This document shows positions 40,296-49,437 of a stretch of 64,000 nt of DNA, in pieces. How positions within the stretch are numbered: position 1 is the first letter of the stretch; every line of letters starts with the position of its first letter. The stretch is from Candidatus Saccharimonadota bacterium (GTDB lineage Bacteria; Patescibacteriota; Saccharimonadia; Saccharimonadales; DTSZ01). The translations under genes were made by a program, and so were the position numbers. Under the pieces are notes generated by a model. The model worked only from the letters and a program-made list of their open reading frames with translations. It was not told the DNA's origin and did not search any database. The DNA lies in contig DTSZ01000001.1 of NCBI GenBank assembly GCA_012965045.1, positions 156,937 to 220,936 on the forward strand, given 5' to 3'.

Positions 40296-40622
40296 ATGGT
40301 CCAAGGGGTTGATGGTATACATAAAAAATTAGCCTGGCTACCCGACGGTGATTGTGCGGATCGCGCATACGAGATTAACAGCATTATTGCGCGAGCTCGA
40401 CGCAACCCTATTATCCCAATAGACTGGCTTGAAAGTGACTTAGCAGCATTGTCTACCGGAAGCACCGATGATGCAGAGAAACTATCAGCAGCAGCTTCGC
40501 TGGCGACTTTTGTAGCATGTTTCGACAGTCAGCTATATTTAGTAGAAGTGCCTGAAGACCCCGAGGAATTAAGAGATAGTTTACAACAGCAAATTGAGAG
40601 AAAGTTTGGTATTGATGTCTAA
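40296..40622 (+). CDS. Unknown 108-aa ORF inserted between atpD and atpC (X3)
   Basis: The ATG lies 1 nt after the atpD stop. Its stop overlaps the atpC start by 8 nt (atgtctaa). No recognised motif. The track ORF start at 40233 lies inside atpD. Confidence 0.5.
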   Translation: MVQGVDGIHKKLAWLPDGDCADRAYEINSIIARARRNPIIPIDWLESDLAALSTGSTDDAEKLSAAASLATFVACFDSQLYLVEVPEDPEELRDSLQQQIERKFGIDV

Positions 40623-41052
40623 TCTTACGTTCGAACTAGTCACACTTGATGGGTTGGCTCACTCGAGCGAGTGTTACGAGGTTATATTGCCTACAGAAAG
40701 CGGCATTATTGCCGTCTTCCCTAACCATGCCCCGCTTGTTTCGGTAAGTGTCCCTGGTGTTGTGAGCATTCGCAAACGAGCCACCGACAGTGATGATGAT
40801 CTTGTTCATTTTGCTGTTGATGGCGGTGTTATTGAAATAAATGAACGTCGTGTACGGCTATTAGCTGACGAAGCTGATGAGGCGGATTCTATAGACGAAA
40901 TGCAAGCCCAAGCGGCGCTTAAACGCGCTCGAGAGCTGCAAGCAATGGCTAAAGATAAAGTTAACTTAGCTGATGCTACGGCGCTAATTGAGCGACAAGC
41001 AGCACGGCTTAAGGTTGCTGAGATTAAGAGACGATCAAGGAAGAATCATTAA
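40615..41052 (+). CDS. atpC: F-type ATP synthase subunit epsilon
   Basis: The start LTFELVTLDG...ILPTESGIIAVFPNHAPLV matches the epsilon beta-sandwich pattern, with a helical C-terminus. Start placed at the ATG at 40615. Confidence 0.85.
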   Translation: MSNLTFELVTLDGLAHSSECYEVILPTESGIIAVFPNHAPLVSVSVPGVVSIRKRATDSDDDLVHFAVDGGVIEINERRVRLLADEADEADSIDEMQAQAALKRARELQAMAKDKVNLADATALIERQAARLKVAEIKRRSRKNH

Positions 41053-41074
41053 TAAGGGCTCAGCCTTCAATTGC

Positions 41075-41473
41075 TAGCGTAGGCTGGCACTTGCCAAACA
41101 TTCTTCCATTTTTATGTCAGTAAAAACGGAATCCACCCTGCCTACTGGTAGGCAGGGCGAGGATCACATGTTTTCACAAACAACAGCCTCATAGGGAGTG
41201 TGCGCGTTTTAGGCCCAGACCCTAAGCGAGCATAGCTCGCATTGCAGCTACTCCCACTTTCTCAATCTTCTTGATCAGCGAGTGCTTCAAATACAACTAA
41301 AGCAAAAAACTTTGCTGAGCGTAGTCCTACGAAGTTATAGCGAAGCCGCTTGTCGTTGTTTTTTGCGTTGTATTTCTAAGCAGCGAGATGATAAAGAAGG
41401 TTGAGTGTGGTCGTTTTTTGGTGTTCCCGTTTTGACGAAATGAAATGGGGGCATTTGGTGGTAAGCGCTAGCT
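41075..41473. repeat. Large structured intergenic element, copy C (~400 nt, full length)
   Basis: The ends pair over a long interrupted stem: gctagcg/cgctagc, ccaaa/tttgg, ccattttt/aaaatgg-type and aaaaacgg/ccgtttt. Internal hairpins are ccctgccta-ctgg-taggcaggg (41137-41158), gcgagcatagctcgc (41227-41241), and the long hairpin 41285-41382. It lies between the convergent stops of atpC and ORF 41490..42215. Confidence 0.6.
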
Positions 41474-41489
41474 TACATCTAAACTAAGC

Positions 41490-42215
41490 TTATAAAACTT
41501 CTATTTGAGTAATAGCATTATCACTCAAAACCCTAACAGTAGCAGTTGCAAGCAACTTAGCAAGGATGATGCTGTCTTCGGAGTCGATTCCAAATGCTGT
41601 TGCTCTGCTGCGAGCATGATTTGAGTCGAGGTTGAAGGTTGTTGTAGATTCTGTTTCAGGGTTGTTTGCTTCAGCAGAATCGTATGTTCGTCCTGTATCG
41701 CCATCTTCGGTTAATTGACCTGCAGTATGCTCGCCGGTGTAAGTAATTAAGTTTGCTCCTGCTTCTATAGCCGTTTTTACTAGTTCGCCTCCGATTTTTA
41801 CAAAGTATTTTTCGTTCGTAATTTTCCTTAAGCCTTCTGTGAGTTCTTCTGCTCTGCTTTTGTCTGATGAGTGTAATCCAGAACCACTAAAGACAGACTC
41901 AAAATTAGTAGTTAAGTCTGTTGATATTTCTACGATTTTTGCAGCAAACCCGCAACCGTCATACTCTGATCCGTGATCTTGGTCGTTATGTACATTATAT
42001 TGCGGCCCAAAAGTGGCTACGTCGTCCAATACTGAGTCAACTAGTGTGGTTGGTGTGTTAGAATCATCGGCTGACTCTACGATGTCGCGTGCAAAGCTGA
42101 AGAACAAATCAGCGCCAGGTACTTGATTTAATTCCCCGTTCTCTACGCCCAGAAATGCTCTGTCCTCAATACAACCAGATTTTTCACCTTGAATAGTTGT
42201 TGTTCTCGTGGACAT
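41490..42215 (-). CDS. Hypothetical protein (orphan, 241 aa)
   Basis: ORF with an ATG start, acidic and Thr/Ser-rich, no TM helix. Arg codons are mostly AGA/AGG. Its stop is 17 nt from element copy C. Confidence 0.5.
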   Translation of the reverse strand: MSTRTTTIQGEKSGCIEDRAFLGVENGELNQVPGADLFFSFARDIVESADDSNTPTTLVDSVLDDVATFGPQYNVHNDQDHGSEYDGCGFAAKIVEISTDLTTNFESVFSGSGLHSSDKSRAEELTEGLRKITNEKYFVKIGGELVKTAIEAGANLITYTGEHTAGQLTEDGDTGRTYDSAEANNPETESTTTFNLDSNHARSRATAFGIDSEDSIILAKLLATATVRVLSDNAITQIEVL

Positions 42216-42354
42216 TATAGAAACTCCTTACCTTTGAATTACCACGTAGTCTACTCTTGGAAATAACTCCTCGCAAGGGTTGATATTTTTATTTCACAAG
42301 AGGATAATCAAAAACGACTCAAAAAACGTACTTAAATCTAAGGAGAAGTAACAG

Positions 42355-43719
42355 ATGTTATCTTTTTTTGCGCAAAAATTTAGTTTATTCGCTGCCAGCG
42401 AAAAGATGGAACTGGTTGAACACGCAGCGGAGCATGCAGATGACCACGGTAGTGGCGTGATTCACTTTGGCCTCGTGTTTTTTATGCTTGCTGTCGTGTT
42501 ACTAGCCGGTAAGTTAGGAAACATCGTTGAAAAGTTTGGCCAACCAGCAGTAATAGGTGAGCTATTTGCTGGTATCGCTTTGAGTGCGGCTGGCTATTTT
42601 GGCTGGGGACTCATTGATGAGATTCGTGCCAGTGAAGTTATTGCCTTTGCCTCTAGTCTCGGTGCCCTGCTTTTGCTCTTTTCAATCGGTTTAGAATCTA
42701 ACCTGCAAGAGATGAAAAAAGTCGGAGCCCGAGCATTAGGCGTTGCTGTAATTGGTGTTGTGGTGCCGTTTGTACTGGGCGCTTATGTGCTTGGTCCAAT
42801 ATTTTATGGCGACGAGAGTACGAATGCTCAGTTGTTTCTTGGGGCAGCGTTAGTTGCGACAAGTGTTGGTATTACCGCTTCGGTGTTTCGCTCTCTGGGC
42901 ATAAGCCGAACACGTGCGGCTCAAACAGTGCTTGGCGCGGCAGTAATCGACGACGTTCTTGGTTTGATTGTACTTGCCATTGTATCTGGGCTAGCTTCTG
43001 GCGATGATGTGAACATTGTGATTCTTGTAGCTAAATCATTCGGCTTCCTTGGTGGATCATTATTAATTGGCCAACTCCTCGCTGAGCCAATGAGTAAGGC
43101 GTTTTCAAAGATCCACACTGGTGTCGGCATGAAAGTGAGTCTTGCGTTGGGCTTTGCGCTTATTTTTGGGTATTTGGCCGAGTTATTTGGCTTAGAACCT
43201 ATCATTGGTGCGTTTGCTGCCGGTTTATTGCTTGATGCTGTCCACTTTGACAATTTTGACGATCCAGAAACCGTAAAAGATTTACGCGCACTGGAATTTG
43301 AAGACAAAAAAGACCGTGAAAAAGTTTTACGCGTAATCAATAAACACAAACACTCACATGTCGAAGACCTTATTAACAGCATCGGACTATTATTTATTCC
43401 TGTTTTCTTCGTGTTGACTGGTGTGCAAATTGATTTTGGGTCTCTGTTAGAAGTTAACCTCTATGTGACTGCATTTATAATATCTGCATTGGCGGTTGCG
43501 GCTAAGTTTGTCGCTGGGTTTGCTGCCCAAGGTGACATAAAAGAAAAAATGTTAGTTGGAATGAGCATGGTCCCACGCGGCGAGGTAGGATTAATATTCG
43601 CTGCAACTGGACGGAGCCTCGGCGTATTAAACGACGAGCTGTTCTCTGTAATTGTACTAGTCGTTATCATTACAACTTTTGTTGCCCCGCCGCTTATTAA
43701 AAAGCTAGGCGCTCGATAA
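42355..43719 (+). CDS. Cation:proton antiporter (CPA2/Kef-type Na+/H+ exchanger family)
   Basis: aaggag RBS and about 12 TM helices, with motifs typical of the Na_H_Exchanger family (GELFAGI, AAVIDDVLG, PRGEVG). Confidence 0.8.
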   Translation: MLSFFAQKFSLFAASEKMELVEHAAEHADDHGSGVIHFGLVFFMLAVVLLAGKLGNIVEKFGQPAVIGELFAGIALSAAGYFGWGLIDEIRASEVIAFASSLGALLLLFSIGLESNLQEMKKVGARALGVAVIGVVVPFVLGAYVLGPIFYGDESTNAQLFLGAALVATSVGITASVFRSLGISRTRAAQTVLGAAVIDDVLGLIVLAIVSGLASGDDVNIVILVAKSFGFLGGSLLIGQLLAEPMSKAFSKIHTGVGMKVSLALGFALIFGYLAELFGLEPIIGAFAAGLLLDAVHFDNFDDPETVKDLRALEFEDKKDREKVLRVINKHKHSHVEDLINSIGLLFIPVFFVLTGVQIDFGSLLEVNLYVTAFIISALAVAAKFVAGFAAQGDIKEKMLVGMSMVPRGEVGLIFAATGRSLGVLNDELFSVIVLVVIITTFVAPPLIKKLGAR

Positions 43720-43744
43720 ACATCTAAATATTTAGCTACAGTAG

Positions 43745-44596
43745 TTATCGTTGAATTGTACTGGGTAATCGTAACTTTTCTTGACGGATAACTCGGGCAG
43801 CAATACGTGCTTTTTGCTTATTAGGAATTCTAATTCTTTGATGCTTAAGTATTGCTGCATCAGTTGATTTAAGTTTGTCTAACAGAGCTGTGTACAGAGC
43901 GTGGGCTAACAGTACTCCAGTTTTTGCGGAACTCGGTAGTTGGTCAATTGCTGGCTCGGCAATAGTTAAGTCTTTTTCGATATCTTCAATAACTGCAAAT
44001 TTTGTTTTATTGGTAAATGACTCAAAACTATCGATTGGAAAATAATATCGCCCGAGTAGATTGTTGTCTTCAGCCATGTCGCGCAAGAAGTTAATTTTTT
44101 GGAAGGCTGCACCCAAAGCCCCCGCACCAGCCTGTAATTTTTTATATTCGCTGTCATTTCCTTCTACAAAAATACGTAAACACATCAATCCGACCACTTC
44201 AGCCGAACCATAAATGTAGTCGTTATATTGTTTTTTACTGAGCTTTTTAGGTACGGAAATGTCTGACGCCATACTGGCTAAAAATGGGTCAATTAATTCG
44301 TGGTTTATATTAAATTGGCGAGCAGTAATTTGAAAGGCATGCAGGGCTGGGTTTGGACTAAATTGTTGCTGAATGCTGGCATATGTTTGGTTTTTGAATT
44401 CTTCTAATATTGTAGCTTTATCGGGGCCGTCGTAGGTGTCTACAATTTCATCTGCTACTCTCAAAAATCCATAAATATTAGCAATGTGGCGTCGGATGTC
44501 TTTTCTAAATAGCCGCGTACCGCTCGAAAACGATGTGCTGAACGAACGAATAAGTCGATAGCTTGAATCTTGAGCAGCTTGGTCGTAACGACTCAT
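43745..44596 (-). CDS. crtB: Phytoene synthase (squalene/phytoene synthase family)
   Basis: SFSTSF, the Asp-rich VADEIVD, and YGSAEVVG...FLRDMAED motifs. Lies within the carotenoid cluster. Confidence 0.85.
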   Translation of the reverse strand: MSRYDQAAQDSSYRLIRSFSTSFSSGTRLFRKDIRRHIANIYGFLRVADEIVDTYDGPDKATILEEFKNQTYASIQQQFSPNPALHAFQITARQFNINHELIDPFLASMASDISVPKKLSKKQYNDYIYGSAEVVGLMCLRIFVEGNDSEYKKLQAGAGALGAAFQKINFLRDMAEDNNLLGRYYFPIDSFESFTNKTKFAVIEDIEKDLTIAEPAIDQLPSSAKTGVLLAHALYTALLDKLKSTDAAILKHQRIRIPNKQKARIAARVIRQEKLRLPSTIQR

Positions 44597-45609
44597 TAAT
44601 TTTGCCTGCCAGATAACCTATCAATGAGCGATCGGTAGATGTCTTTAAAAGAATCGTCAATTGTTAGCTGGTTAAGGAGTTCTTTAGCTTCTGTCGAGCA
44701 GTTATGGATGAGCTGGACGACTTCTTCTTTAGCGCCAGTTTTTAGAATTATCTGCCGCACCTTTTCGATATCTTTATTGGCTAGCTCTGTGGCTCCAAGA
44801 GACTCCAGCAATTTACGCCCTGCTGCGTCGGTCTTTGTATAGCTGTTAAGTAACAGTTTTGTGCGCTTGCCCTCTTCGATGTCGGATGATGTTGATTTGC
44901 CAGTGGTTTCTGTGTCACCAAAGACTCCTAAAATGTCATCTCGCAGCTGAAATGCATAGCCGCACAGCTCGCTTAGGTTGGTTAGTTTCAGAATTTGATC
45001 TTCTTCTGCCTGAGCTAGCCGCGCCGCCGATACAATTGGCCCCAAAAATGAATAGCTGGTTGTTTTGTAGCGGTTAATTAGCTCAGAGTCTATGTCGCCA
45101 ATTGGCAAAAAGGCTGACTCGACATCAATTAATTCGCCCCCTGCAACCTCAAAATATGCCTGTTGGAAATAATGCCCCAAAATTTGCGCATCCTGGCTGT
45201 TTGCCGACGATTCATGAATGATATTTTGGGCGTCCATTAACAATAAGTCGCCAGCTAATAGTGCTGCGCTATTACTAAAGTGAGTAACATCACTACTGTT
45301 TTTTAGGTGTTTTTGATAATGAACCTTGTATATGCCAGCCGCATTTGAACTGCCGTGGCGCACAAAATCTCGGTCAATAATGTCGTCATGCATTAACAGC
45401 GAAATGTGCATTAACTCCCAGACAAGGGATTGCTTGATTACCTGGGGTGTAATGTCACCCCCATATGCTTGGTAGGTTAACAAAAATAGGTACGGTCGCA
45501 ACCGTTTACCGCCAGCTAGCGCGGTAGCTTCAGCGGCGTCCCATAATCGTACATAATTTTCATGAATTGAAGCAGCTTGTTTTTTGCGTTCAGTAAAGTA
45601 GTGGCGCAA
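44596..45609 (-). CDS. crtE: Polyprenyl (geranylgeranyl) diphosphate synthase
   Basis: LLMHDDIIDRD (FARM) and FQLRDDILG (SARM) motifs. The TTG start at 45609 is uncertain, because the in-frame upstream stretch looks coding but has no canonical start. Confidence 0.8.
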   Translation of the reverse strand: MRHYFTERKKQAASIHENYVRLWDAAEATALAGGKRLRPYLFLLTYQAYGGDITPQVIKQSLVWELMHISLLMHDDIIDRDFVRHGSSNAAGIYKVHYQKHLKNSSDVTHFSNSAALLAGDLLLMDAQNIIHESSANSQDAQILGHYFQQAYFEVAGGELIDVESAFLPIGDIDSELINRYKTTSYSFLGPIVSAARLAQAEEDQILKLTNLSELCGYAFQLRDDILGVFGDTETTGKSTSSDIEEGKRTKLLLNSYTKTDAAGRKLLESLGATELANKDIEKVRQIILKTGAKEEVVQLIHNCSTEAKELLNQLTIDDSFKDIYRSLIDRLSGRQN

Positions 45610-45733
45610 CTCGGTATCGACACATTTCTTAACCTCACCTAAATTTGAAATGTCTATGCCTGTAGTTTTAATCTGCGAAACATCAGACTGTGCTATGACT
45701 CATCCTTCTTGTATTTATAATTGAGTATACAGC

Positions 45734-46345
45734 TTAGTCAGCTTCGGGCGAAGCTTCAAACGCTTGTATAACTTTAGTACGATCGCTGAAATATTCTGTA
45801 TAGATGTCTTCAAGTTTAGGGTCAAGGTCGTTGAGTTGACTGCCGATAATTGCAAAGGCTTCGTCGTAGCGTTGCACGGTATCGTTGTAGCTGTTTATTT
45901 CTTGCTTGATGTCTGTAGATGCTGACGACACCCGCTTATCGAGCAGTGGCCGCATGGCTTTATTCTGCTGATCGTCTTGTCGATAGTAGGCAACGTGCAG
46001 CATTTCGTGCGCCGCTGTCACCAAGGTTCGTTTGTATTCGTCGACGCTGTTAAAATCGACAATAAAGATCCCGTCATTGGTAAAACATCCAAGCACTATT
46101 TCGCCAAAACCGCATTGATCTTCTATCTCGGCTTCGCTGAGTAATTTTGGTTCGTATCTATAAAATAGTCGTTTGCCGGTTTCGCTCATTCCGGCGTCAT
46201 TTGCAATCTGCTCAATTAGTTTCGGTGGACTATAGCTTAGTGAGTGCAGCCAGTCATTTATTTTAGTAGCATTTGGCAAAGCAAACGCAGCAAACCCCAA
46301 CAGACCAACTAGTACAACGATTTGCGACAATACTTTTTTAGACAT
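45734..46345 (-). CDS. Membrane-anchored hypothetical protein with HExxH metalloprotease-like motif
   Basis: The ATG at 46345 overlaps the crtI stop by 8 nt. It has an N-terminal TM helix and an AAHEMLH motif. Confidence 0.5.
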   Translation of the reverse strand: MSKKVLSQIVVLVGLLGFAAFALPNATKINDWLHSLSYSPPKLIEQIANDAGMSETGKRLFYRYEPKLLSEAEIEDQCGFGEIVLGCFTNDGIFIVDFNSVDEYKRTLVTAAHEMLHVAYYRQDDQQNKAMRPLLDKRVSSASTDIKQEINSYNDTVQRYDEAFAIIGSQLNDLDPKLEDIYTEYFSDRTKVIQAFEASPEAD

Positions 46346-47939
46346 GAATCTGCTCCGGACGCAGCGGCCCACTGCTAGTGTCGCCAATAAGGCGTTTAAA
46401 CATAAGTTCGGCACTAATAAGAGTTGTCGGCAGGCCAATTCCAGGGTTGGTATTAGCGCCAACATAAATCATATTTTTAATTGCTTTGCTTTGGTTGTTC
46501 GGCCGGAATATTGCCGTTTGCTTAAGCGTGTGAGCGAACCCTAGGGCCGATCCATTTTGACTATTAAATCTCTCGAAAAAATTAAGATTACTAAAAAGAC
46601 GTTTGTAGACAATGTTTTTTCTGAGATCTGGTAAATTCATTTCTTGCTCCATGGTTCTGAGTATTGTATCGGCATAGACCTGCTCGTTCAGTTTTATTTC
46701 TTGCATGTCTAGCTTACTTGGCAGTGGTACTAATACAAATAAATTCTCATAGCCGTTTGGCGCAACTGTTGAGTCTGTTTTGGATGGATTACAAACATAA
46801 AAACTCGGGTCATCTGGAATGGTTGGGTGGTCAAAAATTTGTTCAAAATTATGATCCCAGTTTTTTGAGAATACTAAATTATGGTGCTCCAGATTTTTAT
46901 ACTGCCCCTTTACCCCTAAGTAAAGTAGCAATGCGCCTGGCGCGGTCGTCATCGAATCCCATTTTTTTAATGGCCTTGTTGCGTCTTGTGGTCCAATTAG
47001 GCTGGCATCGGTGTGGCGCATGTCGGCATTATTTATAAATATGTCAGCTTCGACTACCCTGTCGCCTACATGAATTCGGCTTACAGATTTATCTTTAACA
47101 CGTATGTGCGTTATGGGCGTGTTGGTGTGCAGTTTTGCGCCATGTTTTGTAGCTACAGCAACAAGGGCTTTGGTGAGCTCATACATGCCGCCCTGTGGGT
47201 AGTAGACACCTTGATTGAAGTCGACATGGCTCATAATGTTATAGATTGCCGGTGCGTTGTAAGGACTGGCACCTAAAAACACCAATGGGTACTGCATTAT
47301 TTTTTTGGTGTAGTCTGTCTTGAAAAACTTAGACACATAGCGATCCATATTACTGAGTACACTCAGTTTGCTGCCCTGTACAATCATTTCTGGCGTAAAA
47401 AAGTCACGGAAACTATCGTAGTTTTTGTACATAAATCTATCCTTGGCGATTGCATACTGAGATTCGGCTTTTTGTAGGTATTTTTTAAGTTGCGTGGCCG
47501 AACCAGGTTCGAGTTTTTCAAATGTTGCCAGGTCTTTTGATAGGTCAGAATAAATAGTCGCCTGTTTGCCCGTGTCTTTAAAAAACACTTTGTAGCTCGG
47601 TGTTAGTTTTTCTAAGGTAATGTGATCGTGAATGTTTTCGCCCAGTAACGAAAAAAAATGCTCAAACACGTCGGGCATTAAATACCACGATGGCCCAGAG
47701 TCGAAGGTAAAGATTTCTTTGCTGCTGGATGAGCTTATTCCTGCAGCATGAGACCCATTGAAAGTATCAAGGTCTTTCCAGTTGCCGTTTTTATCTTGGC
47801 CGACTCTAAATTGCCCTGCCCTGCCGCCAAGTTGTTCATTTTTTTCAAATAACTCAACATCGTATCCAGCTTTTGCCAGCAATGCGGCAGAGCCAAGTCC
47901 ACCAAAGCCACCGCCAATAATTACAGCTTTATTCGGCAC
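46338..47939 (-). CDS. crtI: Phytoene desaturase (CrtI family FAD oxidoreductase)
   Basis: VIIGGGFGGLGSAALLAKAGYDVELFEKNEQLGGRAG dinucleotide-binding start and a C-terminal GANTNPGIGLP. Confidence 0.9.
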   Translation of the reverse strand: MPNKAVIIGGGFGGLGSAALLAKAGYDVELFEKNEQLGGRAGQFRVGQDKNGNWKDLDTFNGSHAAGISSSSSKEIFTFDSGPSWYLMPDVFEHFFSLLGENIHDHITLEKLTPSYKVFFKDTGKQATIYSDLSKDLATFEKLEPGSATQLKKYLQKAESQYAIAKDRFMYKNYDSFRDFFTPEMIVQGSKLSVLSNMDRYVSKFFKTDYTKKIMQYPLVFLGASPYNAPAIYNIMSHVDFNQGVYYPQGGMYELTKALVAVATKHGAKLHTNTPITHIRVKDKSVSRIHVGDRVVEADIFINNADMRHTDASLIGPQDATRPLKKWDSMTTAPGALLLYLGVKGQYKNLEHHNLVFSKNWDHNFEQIFDHPTIPDDPSFYVCNPSKTDSTVAPNGYENLFVLVPLPSKLDMQEIKLNEQVYADTILRTMEQEMNLPDLRKNIVYKRLFSNLNFFERFNSQNGSALGFAHTLKQTAIFRPNNQSKAIKNMIYVGANTNPGIGLPTTLISAELMFKRLIGDTSSGPLRPEQIHV

Positions 47940-47941
47940 TG

Positions 47942-48811
47942 CTATAACCGCGCCTTAACAACAATTAACACTATAGTCATGATCATGCCGGCGAGGTAAT
48001 TGGTTTTTATAAAAACATTCCACATGTTTCTAAAAATTGGGTTGGTGCTGTCTGCCGTATGTTTTACAGTACGGGCAACCCCGATGATATTCATACAAAT
48101 TAAGCCGGCAGCGACTAAACCAACCATTCCATAAAACCAGGCACTTATTACGGCAGCACCGATATAGAGAGTTAAAACAAAACTAGTTGTGCGTTTTGCC
48201 TCAAGCTGGGTAGCGATAGATTTTATCGACGCTTCCCTATCTGGTTTTATGTCCTGTATTGCCCCAAAAGCGTGGTTGGCCATCGCCCAAAGAAAGTACG
48301 CAATAAAGGCTGGTGCATACGTTGCGGCGTCGTTTGTTAACAGTAGTGCCAGCATAACTGGTGAGGTGTAGTGAAAACTTGAGGTTACAGAGTCCAGCAG
48401 TGGGATCTCTTTAAAGCGCAGCCCGTTTAAGCTGTAGGCCACGACCATGAATAGCATTAGCCCGAACCACAGGTTTGATTGCAGGTTCCCCGTGTAGAAC
48501 AAATAGCCAATAAACGGAACGTTGATTAAGCCAATCCACATCCATAGGCTTTGGTGCTTACTTTTTGGCAGCACAGAGGTTTTTCGAGGGTTTCTAATGT
48601 CTGATTCATAATCAAATATGTCATTAATGCCATACATGGCTAGGTTATACGGGAACAACAAAAACAATGTACCAATTATTACTCGGAGGTCAACTGCATC
48701 GCTTAGAATGACGTAGATCAAAAAGAATGGTTGAGCGGTAAAAATCCACCACAGTGGTCGGGAGATTATTAACAGTTCTTCGGAATCTATACCTTGTTTA
48801 AGTTTATTCAT
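47942..48811 (-). CDS. crtEb: UbiA-family prenyltransferase, lycopene elongase-like
   Basis: 8-9 TM helices with an NDIFDYESD (NDxxDxxxD) motif. It is positioned between the small cyclase subunits and crtI, as in actinobacterial C50 clusters. Confidence 0.6.
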   Translation of the reverse strand: MNKLKQGIDSEELLIISRPLWWIFTAQPFFLIYVILSDAVDLRVIIGTLFLLFPYNLAMYGINDIFDYESDIRNPRKTSVLPKSKHQSLWMWIGLINVPFIGYLFYTGNLQSNLWFGLMLFMVVAYSLNGLRFKEIPLLDSVTSSFHYTSPVMLALLLTNDAATYAPAFIAYFLWAMANHAFGAIQDIKPDREASIKSIATQLEAKRTTSFVLTLYIGAAVISAWFYGMVGLVAAGLICMNIIGVARTVKHTADSTNPIFRNMWNVFIKTNYLAGMIMTIVLIVVKARL

Positions 48812-49091
48812 GTAGCTTTCTCCATACTGCTGGCGTAATTATGCAGGCTGCTATGGTATAGCTCAAATCCTCAATCGGCATGTAGCCTAATCGCACAGCC
48901 AACGTATTCTGGTGATTGTATTCAACAATTGGTAGCCCATCTAAAAATTGCGTAGCTATTAGTGTCATTACGGTTAGGGCGGCGAGAGTTAGGTAGAAGC
49001 TTCTACTGAATATTATTTTGGTTTTCAAAGCGGCATCGAACAGAACAGCAGCAATAATTACAGTAAGAGCAAGTAACGGATATTCAGCCAT
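48804..49091 (-). CDS. Lycopene-cyclase-domain small subunit (CrtYd/CrtYf-like)
   Basis: 95 aa, 3 TM helices, and an MPIEDLSY (PxE[ED]) motif. It has 8-nt overlaps with both neighbours. Confidence 0.7.
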   Translation of the reverse strand: MAEYPLLALTVIIAAVLFDAALKTKIIFSRSFYLTLAALTVMTLIATQFLDGLPIVEYNHQNTLAVRLGYMPIEDLSYTIAACIITPAVWRKLHE

Positions 49092-49401
49092 TTGTATCGA
49101 CCGTATTGAAAACCAATAATGTGCTGTGAGAAATTAACGCAAGCAACAGTAGTTCTTCTACTGGCAGGTCTGGCGTAAGCAAGTTAATGCCAGTGGTGTA
49201 GTCAGTATTCGTGAAAAATATACCCAATTCAATACCAATGATATCGGCTATCAGCAGCATAAAAACTGTAGCGCTCATTGCTATGGCAGCAGCTTTAAAA
49301 TCTTTAAATAACGCTCGCTTAAATCGTTTATCAAGCGTGATCGTTCCGAATAATGATATAAGTAATATAATCAGGTAGCCGTACGATGGAAATTCGGTCA
49401 T
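49084..49401 (-). CDS. Lycopene-cyclase-domain small subunit (CrtYc/CrtYe-like)
   Basis: 105 aa, 3 TM helices, and an LPVEELLL (PxEE) motif. Confidence 0.7.
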   Translation of the reverse strand: MTEFPSYGYLIILLISLFGTITLDKRFKRALFKDFKAAAIAMSATVFMLLIADIIGIELGIFFTNTDYTTGINLLTPDLPVEELLLLALISHSTLLVFNTVDTNG

Positions 49402-49437
49402 ACACCGATAGTACCACTGCTATCTGTAAGTTTGATG

